Notes: a model not told the origin generated them from the letters alone. DNA of 63,473 bases, filler included, from Choristocarpus tenellus KU-1152 (GCA_964200185.2; 12 parts of 12 records of this genome joined end to end with filler, not necessarily neighbours in it), one strand, 5' to 3'. Positions 37,797 to 51,845 are shown, counted from the whole stretch's first letter. Translations and numbers: made by a program.

Positions 37797-40755
37797 CTGT
37801 TTCCAGGGTGTGAGTGGGTAGAGGGAGGGAAGGAGGAGGAGGGAATACGGAGAAAAATGAGGGTGGAGTTCATAAGTTGGTGGAAGGCATTCCATAATGA
37901 TGAACGCACTAGAGGCCACCGCAGGTCCTGAGGATAAAACATCTTGGAGTATAATATACGCACAAGTTTATCAGGATATTCTGCAGCTATAGTACCAATC
38001 CAGTTCAGCAGTCAAGATGGATGTCTACTGTAGCCAAGAAATCAGCATCTCAACAGCACAACAGAATAACCCTAACCCTAACCCTAACCCTGGGAGCACG
38101 ATAGACGTTTCAATGGATTAAGGACACACAACGTAACAGAATAGACGGAACAACACTTGGTTTGACCCTTCAGTCTCTAAGGAAAAAAAAAAAGAGGCTC
38201 AAATTGCAGTGCTTCGAATGCACCTTCAAGTAGCTCATTGGCCAATACACCTCCAGACCCAAAGTATCTGGGAGGGGGGGNNNNNNNNNNNNNNNNNNNN
38301 NNNNNNNNNNNNNNNNNNNNNNNNTTAATTAATTAANNNNNNNNNNNNNNNNNNNNNNNNNNNNNNNNNNNNNNNNNNNNGCCCGTATTGTGGAAGGCCT
38401 TGTGACGGGCATTAGGAATATGCTTTTATTTTTTTAAAATCCGATGTCTACATCAAAAGTTATGACAGGATAACCCTAGAGGGTGAAGCTACTGGTACTA
38501 CTATAACACCACACCTCACCTAGCATTCGATTGGAACATTGTCGTCGTCGTCTTGAGTAATATTTCCAATCAGAAAGAAAAGTGTGTGCAAATCGTCTTT
38601 TAATCTCCTCTGATGTGTTGATTTTGGTCACGTACTACGTGCGCTTTGTTGTGTATTTTACACATTGGAGAGTATCGATTAATAAAATCATCATATATCA
38701 CTCATTAAAGATCATGAGATCACAAACGCCAGTCAACAGTTGTTGACATCATGAAGTGTTTACTCCTCGTTTCTCCGTTCTGGAGTCAAGAAAAAAAGGT
38801 CTATTGCATTGGCTCTATGTAATATCTCTCAAGTCGCATTTAGGCTGACCATTGCCGGTTCCATGCTCTTAGACCATTGACCATTGGATTGGTGATGTGG
38901 TATTAATTAATACCCTGTTCGTATACTACGATTCATTTTGTACTAATGAGGCCGTGTAATAAAATAGAATTGTATGCTAACGGTCACACCTGTTTCCCAG
39001 TTTGTTCCCAGAGCTCACCTATTGTTGGGTTCGAATCATGCTTATGTAGGTTATAGGCCATTCAGAAGGGGGGGTGATTTGGAAAGAAGGGTTGTCTGCA
39101 ATTATACCGTTATTGCCGGATGCCATATACATCGTTATACCATTTGAGGCTCCTTATCAGGGATCCCAGATTCCAGTGGAGGATCATCTGATAATATCTT
39201 CAAGAGACCAGTCCCACAGATGATGGACTTCTCTTTATGAAGATATACCTAGAGTGAATGATTCCGTTTGTTCACATCACTTCGTGTCACTCTGATAATC
39301 CACACTCTCATGAGATCTTCTCCATGCACTCTTCTACTTGTCCTACCTTATCCTTATCCTTTTGGCTACAGGTCATCTTAGTTCATCTGGCCTGTCTTGT
39401 CCGGTGATTCTCTTTACCACCTTTGCCTGGGTAAACCACACCACCACAGAACCACATCATTCGCACAAGGAAAGTCATTTCAGGGAAGATTTTTGTTTCG
39501 TACGACAGAGTGAACCTATGAATCTATGGTCTGACCAGGGAAAAAGTGCTGTCCAACCTTCAACAAGGCCTGAGATGTAGTGGGAAAGGCATGGAAACAT
39601 GAGCGAATAGACCCCAAAATGACATTTTTGAAGTTGTCGAATAAGGTTGATAAGGAACTCAAATCAAGTAGGTGAAAACCGTTGATCTGGGCGCAGAGAG
39701 TTGTTCGATGTCAACAGCAATGAGCAAGTGAACATGTTGGAGATCTCATCCATGGTTGCACAAGCAAATGGCGTGCTTAGCCCTGAAAGCAAGCTGAACT
39801 CGCTGCAGCAATGGATTGCTTTGCAATCAGGTCAAAAAGTGTCCCCAACCAAAAAGATAGAACTAGAGTGTTGGCATTCACGAATGAAAGGGAGGGAGAG
39901 GGGGAGTATCAGCTAGGCTTGACATAAGAACTTACCATCTCCCCAACAAGAACAGCCCCAACGAGGCTCAGGGGTGCCTACACAAATAACATTAGTCGTG
40001 GAGCAGGAAGGTGTAATGAAGGTAGGCCTCAGGATGATGTGACATCTTAGTGGGAAGATGCAGTGTGTGTTATGAGTGAGTGCTAGCTACAAGTAGTGAG
40101 GCTAATAAGGAGGGGGGTAATGTGTCAGAATATGAGACAAGGATGTATGTTGGTGATGATCGTGAAGGGACAGCCATTTTTTTATCTCTCTGTGTTGAGT
40201 GATGAACAGGTTGTATTGCTATTGCTTGACTTGGGGAGGAGGAAGGCTGAAAATGGTGGAGTAGGGACGGGCGCTTGCACATTGCTTGCTGCACAGAGCA
40301 AAGAAGGAGAAATTCTTCGTTGGTGCTTAGAATACTGGGACAACTAGGTGTGATGCACATGGATAAAATGTCATTCCGTTGTCTGATTTATGCCTGCTGT
40401 ATGCTTGTTCTATTCTCTCTCTGCAACAACTAACACCACCGTATCACAACATGGGGGGGGAAATTGTTAAGTTGGTGGTGGTAGGCACTGGTGAATAATA
40501 CAATTAATAAACGTTTCAACCATACATATATATGACATGTATTATATAATCATTTTATTTTAAAAATGCATACTTTCTGACTCGTTTCGGGTCTTTCTTC
40601 AAATTCCTTTGTGCAAGGCTTTCAAGGTTTTCATTTGCACCACTTGCATGCCTTTAAAGTGACTTTTGAGCACTTAAGGCACATTAATCTTTTTGACTAA
40701 CTTGAGCAATAATCGACCATGCTTCAAGGTGGGACCATAACTACCTTACAGGTAC

Positions 40756-40998
40756 GAGCCAAAGTATCTTAGAGGGTAGGGCCGTGTCCATTTGGGGGTC
40801 AAAATCCAATGTTACGACTGAGATGTAATTTTGGCTATTGTGTTTGTTAGGAGGTGTCAATCTTCTTGTTTCGGACACACATTTTTCCTACTCCAAAACA
40901 TTTTGGAGTAGGAAAATGTAATAAAAATACACCATGGGAAGCCAAGCCCCAAATGGACAAACAGGGCAAAACTCGTACCCTCTAAGATACTTTCACTC
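40756..40998 (+). mobile_element. MITE family A, full copy, TSD GTAC
   Basis: GTAC|GAGCCAAAGTATCTT...GATACTTTCACTC|GTAC. Confidence 0.92.
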
Positions 40999-41057
40999 GT
41001 ACGTTTGTATAGTCACAACACTGTGGTGGACCATTCTCTGGCAACACATTCCTACTA

Positions 41058-42500
41058 CTTCCTCCGTTCGGAAATAAATATAATTTTGCAGCCCCGATGA
41101 AGAAGCAAGATTTTATTTTCGCAAGTATTGTGCAGATATTAGAAGGCTGCCAACAAAATCTCAAGCAAAATGGGGCAGCCTACACTTATCTCTGATTCCA
41201 CCCCCAAAGCCCTCCAAAAATCCATTCCAGCACGATATTTCACTGCATTCGCCACGGCATTTGGGGGGTTTGGGGGGAGATGCCCCCCTTTTCAGCCTTT
41301 TCCTTTCAAAAATGGGGAATTTGGAAGATATTGTCACCCTTGGACCACAGTACTTCATCGTAGACTGCAAATAGGCTCTGCCAGACACGCTTCAGTGTCT
41401 CTTGAGGGTACACATCAAATGACTCCATTGCTGCCTCCATTAGTTCCTCTGTGCTGGTCACTCCCACGTCTTCCTTCAGTTCCTAGATGGAATGAAAGAA
41501 TCCCAGGTCGTTGACGTTGAGGTGAGTTGACTGGCTGGGTCTCTATGACAATGTCGTCCCTCGCCGCCTCCTCGATCGCCTCCATGATCCCTCCCTTGTT
41601 GTGCGGATTTGCTCCATTCTGCTGCACGAAAATAGTGTGTCCTTCCAGCCTAGGCATTGGTTGTCATGAGGACCTTATACCTTTCCCTGTCGACCGCGGC
41701 TGGCACAAGCGCCTTGGTGCCCTTGGAGCGTGTCTGCTGGAATGCTGAGTGACCTTAGTGTCCACGATTGGCCAGATCCCAATTTTCCCATCGAATCACA
41801 ACCCCTTGGAGAGGTTCAGGCGGGCCACAGCTGCAAGGAACATCACCTTCATAATGTAACGCTTATTCTGTATCTGTGGGGGTTTGGGGTCGGTCTTCAG
41901 TGGTGTGCAGGTACACATCTTGCTCATCTTTGAGGATGAAAACCACATCTTGTTCACATGCACGCGGTCATATAAATCGTCCACTAATATCTTGCTCCCC
42001 CCCCCTCCTGTATGTGTGGTTGATGACGAAACCCACCCTGTTGACTTTCTCCTGCTCTGAGAGGACTGGCTTGATCCACCACTTGACCTTCTTCACCCTC
42101 TCACACTTGCACAGATCCCAGAACGAGGCAAGGGAGGGAGACCCCAGCTTTGGCCACCCATTTGTGGAAGGATGTAGAGTTCACTGATGGGACATCTCAA
42201 ATGTCAAAGATAATTGTACGGTGACCACATCGCCCCTTGCAACATCGTACAAGGTCCATCCATGCATTCACCTTGTACGACCTGGCTGCCATACTCCTTC
42301 AGACGACGGAACACAGTGATTCGGGAAATTCCTAAGTCCTCCGTAGTGACCGCCACTATCCCCCAAGGCATCCATCCAAGTCTCACACCGTGTCGTCTCC
42401 AGGCATCTCACCTCCATGCTGTTCTTCATCGGGGTGTTTGAGTCCTGCCCCTGGACAGACTTCTGGGCTGAAGGATTGGGACTAAGGGGTGGCAATGAGG
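41058..42500 (-). mobile_element. DD39D (plant/oomycete-type) mariner transposase pseudogene with a Stowaway-like TIR
   Basis: MDDLYDRVHVNKMWF, KRYIMKVMFLAAVAR..FDGKIGIWP and TIFVQQNGANPH..QPVNSP are DD39D signatures with catalytic Asp residues mutated. TA|CTTCCTCCGTTCGGAAATAAATA at 41058 matches the CTCCCTCCGT-type TIR. The other TIR was not found. Confidence 0.88.
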
Positions 42501-44308
42501 TTAGCTAGCCACTCGAACGACGGGGGGCCTTCATCCTAGGTAACCCAATAACTACCTGCTTTGACAATTCACGAGTTTCTGGAACCCCATCAAATGTGAC
42601 TTGGTTCACGTTGCACTCGCGATCCTCCATGGTCATGACAGCCCACTATATCAAACTTTGCACGCCTCCCAATCTCTATGAGAACTAAGCCTCGTCGAGA
42701 GGGTTAGTCATGTGGGTCATTCCTGACCGAGAATAGACCTTACAAAAGTTATGTTTCGTTTAATTCCGTACTTAGTGATAAATATAAAGAAACAGACACA
42801 CAAACAGGCTCTGTGTACACAACACAGTCAATCAACCATAATACATTGAGTACATCAGAGAAAATCAAGAAAGTTGCTATGCGTACTATCTTCAATGATC
42901 ATTGCTTTGTTGTATTATGTGCAGTATTATATGCATGTGAGAAAAAAAAACTTTCACTATAGGAAGAGGGATGCAAGCAAGAACTTTACGATCTGCTTAC
43001 TACTACTACTACTACGACTACTACTACTGCCCTAGTCAATACATCTGTCACCGCATTAGAACTAATCTCTGAACCAGGGAAAACCGAAAATCTCCCTCTA
43101 CCTAAAAAAACAAAAAACGTCTCAACAAAGCCAACAAACCTTTCCAAAACTCCTATAAAGGTACCTGACTGAGCCCAACGATATGGACTCCTAAAATCAG
43201 ACATCTCACTACATACTACATATATTACGTAAGCAGCGCTTAATCAACTTGTTCTTGTTGCAGCATTAATGGTGACCTCATCACCATTATTGGATAACTT
43301 CTGTCACCAACAAACGCCTTCACATCACTGCCCTAGGTAGCTGCACTACAACTACCATACATCAGGCTCTCCTTTGCAAGATTTTATCAACTACTTTTGT
43401 AGTTCCGGGTCACCTGCGCTTAGTGTTCCACACTTCATGTACGTATTATGTACTCACACCAACAGAACAATGACGCGCGCGCGCCAACACACCAAACCAG
43501 TAATACCAAACATATATACTTACAACTGGTAAAGGTCTAATAATACTACTACATCAAGTAGGCCAGGGGTCATGCATTACACGCATCACTCTGGTGAGGT
43601 AATAATGCAAGACCTCATTTTGGACAAACCCCACCTTACATCGGAGCTTACAAGGATTGATGAACAGTCGAAGCTATTGACGACTGACAAAAGAGGAGAT
43701 AAAAATGCGAAGATGATCCCAGGTATTCAGAACGTCTGACCCATGCACACAATCCGGTTGTTGGTTGGGATGACACAAAGGGGCAGGAACACCTACAATC
43801 AAACAAGATACATGCTACATCCATTAACACCACAAATCATAGTACAACACGGACTATCACCATTCCGCTGGCATTTTGTTCCCACGAGGAGGTCAACCGA
43901 GCTACCTGCATAGACAACATGCCACGGGCAGATAGACTCTTAGAGTGCAAGACTGCAGAAGCAATAACAGAAGAACAACAACAGCACACCCTCTGATGAA
44001 GAGGGGCAACCCGTCAGTTGGCTAGGACAGGTCTTCATAATGTTGATACTGGCAACCATTAATAAGAATCAGAGGAAACACAAAATGCACAAAATAACAA
44101 AGCAAACAGAACGACACTATGCCCAGCACCACACACAAGAGGTTCTCATCCAAAAGCCTGAGCTGAGCGTCCTCCTACTATCAGTACCTCAACCGTGAAC
44201 ATACACATTGAGGTGAGATGTACAGAGCTTCACCCAAAGTTGCAGCAGCAGCAAGCTTTGTTTTCAGACACAGTTGGTTGCAACACAAGTTGAACAACTG
44301 CAACTGTG

Positions 44309-47300
44309 CTACGGGACAGCTGGGTTAGGTGCCCCAGTACTGTCAATGCCCTCCCATCCCTGATACCACTCCGACACCCAGAAAGGTGGTTGCAACTTCT
44401 TCTGTCTCTGAGCATTGAGTCTCTTCGGTGGGTAGAAATAATAATTTGATCTGTGAAGGAGGGGGGGGGGGGGGGGGGAAGGGCGCACATCCAGCACAAG
44501 CAAACACAAATCCGGCATGCGCAGGGAGGCAGCGCGCGCGCATCCACGTCATGAATGAAGGAAAGAAAAAAAAGAAATATTGAGAGGAAGAAAAGGAGAG
44601 CAGGGCGGAAATAGAACAATTGGGATCGTAGAAGGGCATCGCATGTGGGGATAAAAGGTAAGCAAGGGAGGAGCGAGAAAGGAGAAAAACAACGGCAATA
44701 AACAGCCAAAGTAAATGAGAGGCACACAGGTTTTGTTTGTCCCTTCTTTTTTTTTGCATTTTAAGACACAAATTTCATTTTTTCTTCAATTCGCCCTTAT
44801 TTCTATGGTTAAGCTGCTGAGATTGACTCGAGAGAATATTTTGATTTCTCTATTGTTTGAAAAATTCTACATAGAATTCAGAAAAAAAAATCCCCCTCTA
44901 TGTATTTTGTACAAAAGAGTCGAATTTTGGCGCTTGAATATTTTTTTGCAGAGCCCTTAAAATGCAACTTTGGGTACATCTTGTTTTCATAGACTTCAAA
45001 ATATATGTATGTATTATTAACGACCACCTTACAGACAGGTGTTTTGGACAGGAATACACTGCTCTATGATACCTGTGGAAGTCAAATGCTCTGAAAAGCA
45101 TGCGCAATAGTTCAAGTTGGTCTCCTCCATTCTCAAAGAGAAGGCAAACTTCATTACAAAAACAGCGAGGAGCTTCTTCCCTCTTGAGACGAAGAATCAC
45201 TTGTCCATCTCTCACCTGACCTGCCGACTGTTTCTCTACCTACCATGCCCTGGAGCAATTGCTAACCTTTGCTCCTCAGACAGCACTCTCATAGACCACA
45301 CACGCAAACCCCTCTGCCTTTCAATCACTCCCTTTTCTCCTTCCCACATCGTATGAAGGTTAATAATATCGAGGTCGTTCATATGAAATTAACAACTAAA
45401 ATATTTAACCAAAAATAAGATAATCTGCATACGTAATCCAGCCCTAACATCCGCCCTGCCCTCTTTACCAACATGCCTCCATCCATGACATTTACAAACA
45501 CCTACCCACACCAAACCCTAACCCATGCACATACATACGTAACATCATGCATATGACCTTCACCCCTCCATCATACGCATTCTCCTATGTATTCTTCAAC
45601 TGTAGCTATCCTTGTGGACCCACCCTTTCCATTCATAGGCACAAACTCTCCCTCCAAGCACATCTCTGTACGGTGCACTGTATCAAAATCGAATCATTAA
45701 CACTATGCTTGAGTAAAAGGCATCATCCATGCCACACTCTCTGGGTACTCACACTCTTGGGAGTTTCAGGTACCCTCGCAGGCGCAATATGTAAGCACTA
45801 AAGGTTGAATACCATGTCCCTGTGAACGTGCGGCCATGGCTTGCAATTATCTGAACAAATAAGTGTGATGACGAGTGAGTGGATGGATGGATGGGGAGGT
45901 GGGTTCACACAAAATTGCCTAGGCGTTGGTTCTGCTTCCAAACACTGTGTAAGGAACTGATAGTAGTGAATGTAACACTACTACTATGGGCTGATGGAGC
46001 TTATCCTTTGAACTTCACAGAGAGGCATGATAGGAGACAACAATAGGAAGCATTGACAGTTGAGAAAAAGGCTGTACCATGAACCAGGTTGAACAACAGG
46101 GGACAGAATTGTCTCGAGTCGAGTGGGGGAGTAGGGAGAGGTTGGGAAGCAGCCCAAAAAGGTGCAATGGGTAACATGCCCCCCAATGCATACATACATA
46201 TACAGGGACCACACCACTCACAAGGCCCCTTGGTTCCTTCACCTATCACCTACGCATGGGGTCCATGGGGGAAGCAAGCAGGTTGGATACATGATACATG
46301 GCATGTGCAATACACCTGACTCGGTGCTTTCTTTTATCCTAAGACATCACCGTACACCTTCATCCACACTACACACTAGTGTGTGTGTGTGTGTACATTA
46401 CCTGCTCAAGCAGGCCTTGAGAGTTCAGAGAGATCTCAGACACCTCTGCCCTGTGTGTATAGTCCGACAGGAACCGAACTTTGTATCTCTCATAGAATGG
46501 CTGAAAAAAGGACTTGTCGCCCTCATCTGTAGCAATATACACTATCTCCCCATCCTGAAGGTAGCTCTGCCAGTGTCAAGGGGCAATAGTGCAGGAGGAG
46601 GAGGAGGGATGGAGGGGATTAGAGATAAATATTTCCATATAGCCCAGACTGAAGAGCAGCCAATGAAGGCCTCCAGTCAGTTTGTGAGGCAAGAGGATTA
46701 CACACAGTAAAATATGTACAGGTAGGTGTATCTATGTAGGACCTCACACGTACAATGCATGGTTGAACTGAGGTAGTAGTACACGCCAGCTTGCAAAGTG
46801 TATATACCTTGTATAATGTGGACCTCTAAGTGTAAATATACCTTGCACAATGTGGACCTCTAAGTAAAGAAACTGTGGATGAACCATATCTCCGATGTTC
46901 TCGTCTGTAGCTGGGAAAGACCTATGGCAACAAAACAAAATGATTACACTGTATTTGAAGACCCAGACGATGAAAGCTTCACCGGGTCAATCGCCTGCAA
47001 AATGAAGAAGAAAAAAAAGTCAACCCACGCCCCCCGACAGGGAGAGCAAGAGTCCCCCTTCACTCCCTGTTAGCCGTGCTTGCAAGAACCCAACCCGATG
47101 CCCCCTCATGCTCAAAATACTCTTTCGCGTTTCTGAACTCTCAAAATACACGATGACCTGGTTTGAAAAGTGCAGCATCTCCTAAACATTAGAGTACTCC
47201 TACCATTACATAACGATATCCAACACACTCAAGGGCATACTAGCTACGTGCCTTTCTAGTTTAAACTTCGGGTTGCTCACCTGGCTCGAGTTGAAGAGTT

Positions 47301-47347
47301 CCATGGCGGGCAGAACAACTCCAGGGTATTGGTTGTGGAAGTCTCCC
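44309..47347 (-). CDS. GDP-fucose protein O-fucosyltransferase family protein (POFUT2-like), last four exons
   Basis: Exons 47347-47281 (RGDF), 46566-46402 (GEIVYIATDEGDKSFF..GLLEQ), 45850-45753 (IIASHGRTFTGTWYSTFSAYILRLRGY) and 44450-44309 (YYFYPP..EWYQGWEGID, stop). Phases are compatible. RGDF, YIATDE and GTxxSTF are O-FucT motifs. Confidence 0.9.
46796..46865. repeat. ~33-bp tandem duplication in an intron
   Basis: AAGTGTA(AA)TATACCTTGYAYAATGTGGACCTCT x2. Confidence 0.8.
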
Positions 47348-47615
47348 CTGGGAACATGAGTGCCCCGAGGGGGGGAGGGGGGGGGGGGGGGGGGGGGGGG
47401 TTGGGGAGGGGGGGGGGGGGGGGGGGGGGAGGGGGGGAGGTTTGGGGGGGGGCGGGTTCCTTAAAAAANNNNNNNNNNNNNNNNNNNNNNNNNNNNNNNN
47501 NNNNNNNNNNNNTTAATTAATTAANNNNNNNNNNNNNNNNNNNNNNNNNNNNNNNNNNNNNNNNNNNNGTGGGGGGTGGGGGGGGGGGGGGGGGGGGGGG
47601 GGGGAACTTATGTAG

Positions 47616-48026
47616 GTGGCCTGCTGGACAGTGCCGTTGACGTGGCAGCACTGTTTGTCCCTGAGGGAAGTGACATCGTGTCTGTCCGAGGTCGCAATTT
47701 TCAGGATGTGATGTACAGGAGTGGACAGAAGCCGGTACGGTCGACAAATGTCCCCCTGGTGGTGCTCACCAATGGGGGGACAGCTAGTGCAGCGGAGATT
47801 GTCTCTGGGGCTGTTCAGGTGAGGTCTGCTTTTTGGCTGAGGTTACTATTTGTATTGTTGTTGTTATAGGGGTTAGGGTGGGGGATGGGAGTTTGGGATG
47901 TGTTTGGGATTGGAGGGAGGGAGGTATTGGTATTGGTATTGGTATTGACTAGTTTTTGTGTTTAGGTCATATTTTGTGACCCCAATTGATAGAGGTGATG
48001 TATCCTCTTCCATATGCCACCAACAA

Positions 48027-48077
<51 letters not shown>

Positions 48078-50570
48078 TTCCCTTTTCATTGCAAGGGTTA
48101 GGGTTGGGGTTAGAGGAAGGAGAGAGTGAAAGGGTTGAGAGGATGGAAGGATGGATAGGGGGGAGGGGGGCGGAGGAATCTGCTAAAGGATTGGTTGTGA
48201 GAGGTGGAGGTGCAAATATTGAGGGCTAATATATATATATATATATATATACGTTATGTATTATGGAGTTGGGAGTATAAACTTGTTATTATATTATTGT
48301 TACTATCGTATTGGTGTTGACAAGGACATTCTGCATACTTTTTGAGACCTTTGATGTGTTTGAGGTGATGCAGGAAACAGAACAAAGTTCTCTCGAATTG
48401 TTTACATTTTTCTTGTATTTTTTTTTTAATTGTTGTTAAAGATGACCTGCGTGATTGAGTCTTTACAAACCCCGATCTATGGGCGATACATAATATGTTC
48501 ATACAAAATAATAAATACACAAACACACACACATGCACATGCACACATACATAATACATACAGGACCTTGACGCTGGTGTCATTGTTGGGGTGGGGAAGG
48601 GAAGGACGTATGGGAAAGGCCTTGTACAGAACGTGGCTGAGCTGCCTTACAACAATGCTCTGAAGTACACCGTAGCCAAGTACTACACTCCCTCTGGAAG
48701 GCAAGTTTCCCCCCCTCCCCCTCAAGTGTGGAGTTACTCATTTCGTACTACAATTGGAGTGTGTGTATATATTTTTATTATTTTGTTTTGGTTTTATGGT
48801 TCTGGGAGTTATATAGAGGACATATGAGGGAGGCGATTCAAGTTGAAAAATTGATGTGAAGGGGTGTGGGATGCACCTGTTTCTATACCATGGATGGGAT
48901 GTTTCGTGGTCTTGTTCGTATATGCGCTCCTTCTTCTTCTTCTTGCTTGCTTTTTTTTAAATATTTTTCCGGCTATGGGTAGTGTGTTTTATATAGAAAG
49001 AGAAAGTTGTTCTGGTCAGTTTTTAAAAGTATATATATATATATATTCATGGATTGAAGGCGTTGTTTGTTAAGGTGGTGGTATTGAGAGTATAGATGGT
49101 TTTTGTCGTTTCGTTTCAGCTGTGCCTCGAGTGAGAAGAAGAGCTAAAACAAAGCAAATGAGCCTGATTTTGTTGACTTTTTATGTGCCAGATTCTTTTT
49201 TTTTATGATTCGCAACACTTAAATAAAATAAAAAAAGTTCTGGGGTCTTTGAAAAAGAGACAACATTAAAAATGATCTCTTTTTTTTGCTTTTGTTGTTG
49301 CATTTAGGGTTAGGGTTAGGTATCAGGAAGGCATTGTAGATATGTGTCAACCAATAATCTGTCACGGCAATTTGCAATGCCTGACCGGGAAAGTCCCCTT
49401 CCTCCCCCCCCCCCCCCCCATACGTAGAAACCAAGTCTTTGTGTATATAACAGTAGGATTGTAGTACCCACAAGCACCTTTTATTGTCATTGAAGGGGAG
49501 GGGGAGGGGGGAAGGGGGGGAAGGAAATATGTGACCATCCTCTGCTTTCGGGTCTGCCTTTTTTTATTAGTCATTCTGAAGAGGTGCCTGCTATAAACAA
49601 TAAGTGTTTATGTATATTGAAACATTGAGACATTGACATCAAGTTTAATAACATGTTGAATTAAGAGAAACATTCAGGGGGGGAGGGGGGTATGCGTTGG
49701 GAAGGGTTTTTTTGTGGGATTCCTCATATATTTGGAGGCGATTCTTCTGTGTGAGGCCTTTGATTGTTAGTTTTTAATGTTTCTGTTGACGTAGGGCGTT
49801 GGCATTGTTTAGAAGTGATTGGAAAGGTGTGGGGGGTTATTAAAGGAGCTGATGTTCCAAAGAGTTGTGTATATAAATGACTCAGTTCAGTCCTTCATGG
49901 GTTGGACAGGTTGTAGATGAAGTAAGGAAGGAGAAAGGAGGAGTGGCCCTTCGAGCCCAAAGAGGGGTGGTCCTTGCCACCAAATCGCCTCTATCCTGTG
50001 GATCACTGATCGCCAATCGCAGATTACTTCCTACATTGTTTCCTATTCCTGAACTCTTTTCATATTCTAGCTCATGAACACATACCTACTTACCTATCTT
50101 CTATTCTTCAGAACACAAACAATGTCTCTTCCATGCTTATAGATTGTTTCTTACAGAGTAGTTATTTTGCACATGAATTTAAAATAAAATAAAAACATGG
50201 TCTTGACAGGTTTGCTCCTCTCTCTTTCTTTCATACTGTTTTTTAAAAAAAAGAAGCACACGCACGCACGCACTGGAGTGACGTGATTTGATCCTTCTTT
50301 TTATGTAATTTTTTTGTGAAAGTACCATTCTTTTCTTTCAAGGTTCGTATCTGGGATATCAGCGGTACATATTTGCGATCGACCACTGTACCCCCCTTTT
50401 ACGGATGAAACCGACTTTATTTATTTTTTGTTTTTTGTTCTTACTCAGGTCGGTTTCTCTCAAATCATGCAAATCGCTTGCCTTTTTTTTCGTTTGATGA
50501 TGATGATGATGATGTACTTCATCCAGGTGTATTCAGAGTGTGAACTACAAGGAGGGGGGTGTGGTGATGG
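47616..50570 (+). CDS. ctpA: C-terminal processing peptidase (S41A, CtpA family), three internal exons
   Basis: Exons 47616-47818 (GGLLDSAVDVA..PLVVLTNGGTASAAEIVSGAVQ), 48564-48700 (DLDAGVIVG..RTYGKGLVQ..KYTVAKYYTPSG) and 50527-contig end (RCIQ). Catalytic Ser and Lys motifs are intact. The exact paralogue is uncertain. Confidence 0.92.
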
Positions 50571-50693
50571 NNNNNNNNNNNNNNNNNNNNNNNNNNNNNN
50601 NNNNNNNNNNNNNNTTAATTAATTAANNNNNNNNNNNNNNNNNNNNNNNNNNNNNNNNNNNNNNNNNNNNTTAGAAAGACGGTAGGAAGAGAG

Positions 50694-50732
<39 letters not shown>

Positions 50733-51266
50733 GGGGGGGGGTTGAGGACCACTAAGAGTTGATATAGATACTGATGCGGTTCAGTGTATGAGATCTGTGT
50801 GATGTCATTCGTATTGCAACTCCTCCGATATCAAATACATACATTGCAGCACCTAACCCTAACCCTAACTCTTTACCATCCATAATAACTCCACCCTCAT
50901 CCTCCACACCATCCACACCATATTTTTCGCCTGTTTATTTCAGCATCAGTTCAAACAGTATTTGAACCAACAATGGTCCACAAGCAAGCACTCAAGACAA
51001 ATTATCGGTTCCCCACTATGATTTTTGGCCTCGCAAGAATCCACCACGATACGTATTACCTGGAAATTTCAGCGAAAATTCCTAACTTGTCTACCTATAT
51101 TCCCAAACCACCCACCGCAAAGCCACAAGAAACGCCTTCCCCAGTACGGCACAAAAACCAAGCAAGCGGTACACCTTCCAGCAGCAGAAGTCTAGTGTTG
51201 GCGAGGGCTCAAACTTTTCGCATTTCAGTGCACATCTAATGTGGCTACTTCAAAAAAAAATAATAT

Positions 51267-51513
51267 CTGCCCAACGTCATTGCAATTTTTATATTTTTCA
51301 CATAGTACATTTCTCAAATTATTATTATTGCTTGCCTAACGTCATTGTATTTTTTTTTTTTCATCTAATCCATTTCTGAAATTATGATTATTACTTGCCC
51401 AATGTCATTGTATTATTTTATTTTTCATCTAATCCATTTCTCAAATTATTATTATTACTTGCCCAATGTCATTGTAATTTTTACATTTTTCACATAGTAC
51501 ATTCCTCAAATTT
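51267..51513. repeat. ~63-bp tandem repeat x4
   Basis: Unit TGCCCAAYGTCATTGTA...TTTTTCA...CATTTCTCAAATTATTATTATTACT. Confidence 0.88.
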
Positions 51514-51546
51514 TTCACAAGTGCAGAATTCCCCCCGTACAATAGA

Positions 51547-51845
51547 CACATACATAAATACACATATATACATACATACATATATATATACACATATACA
51601 CATACATACACATATATACATACATATATACACATATACATACATATACATACATACACACATAAATACACATATATACATACACACATACATACATACA
51701 CATATATACATACACATATATACATACATATATACACATATACATACATACATACATAAATACACATATATACATACATATATATATACATAAATACACA
51801 TATATACATACACACATACATATATACATACATACACATATATAT
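51547..51845. repeat. Compound (TA/CA/TACA)n microsatellite, ~300 bp
   Basis: Direct inspection. It produces spurious HIYT/YVCM ORFs. Confidence 0.97.

Noticed and set aside
39000-40460. Possible LTR-retrotransposon remnant with a PPT-like tract near 39890
   Set aside because: No diagnostic protein motif could be recovered by eye.
45072-45215. ORF in phase with the last O-FucT exon
   Set aside because: Direct splicing from 45753 to 44450 already restores the family motif spacing. This ORF has no family similarity and no clear acceptor.
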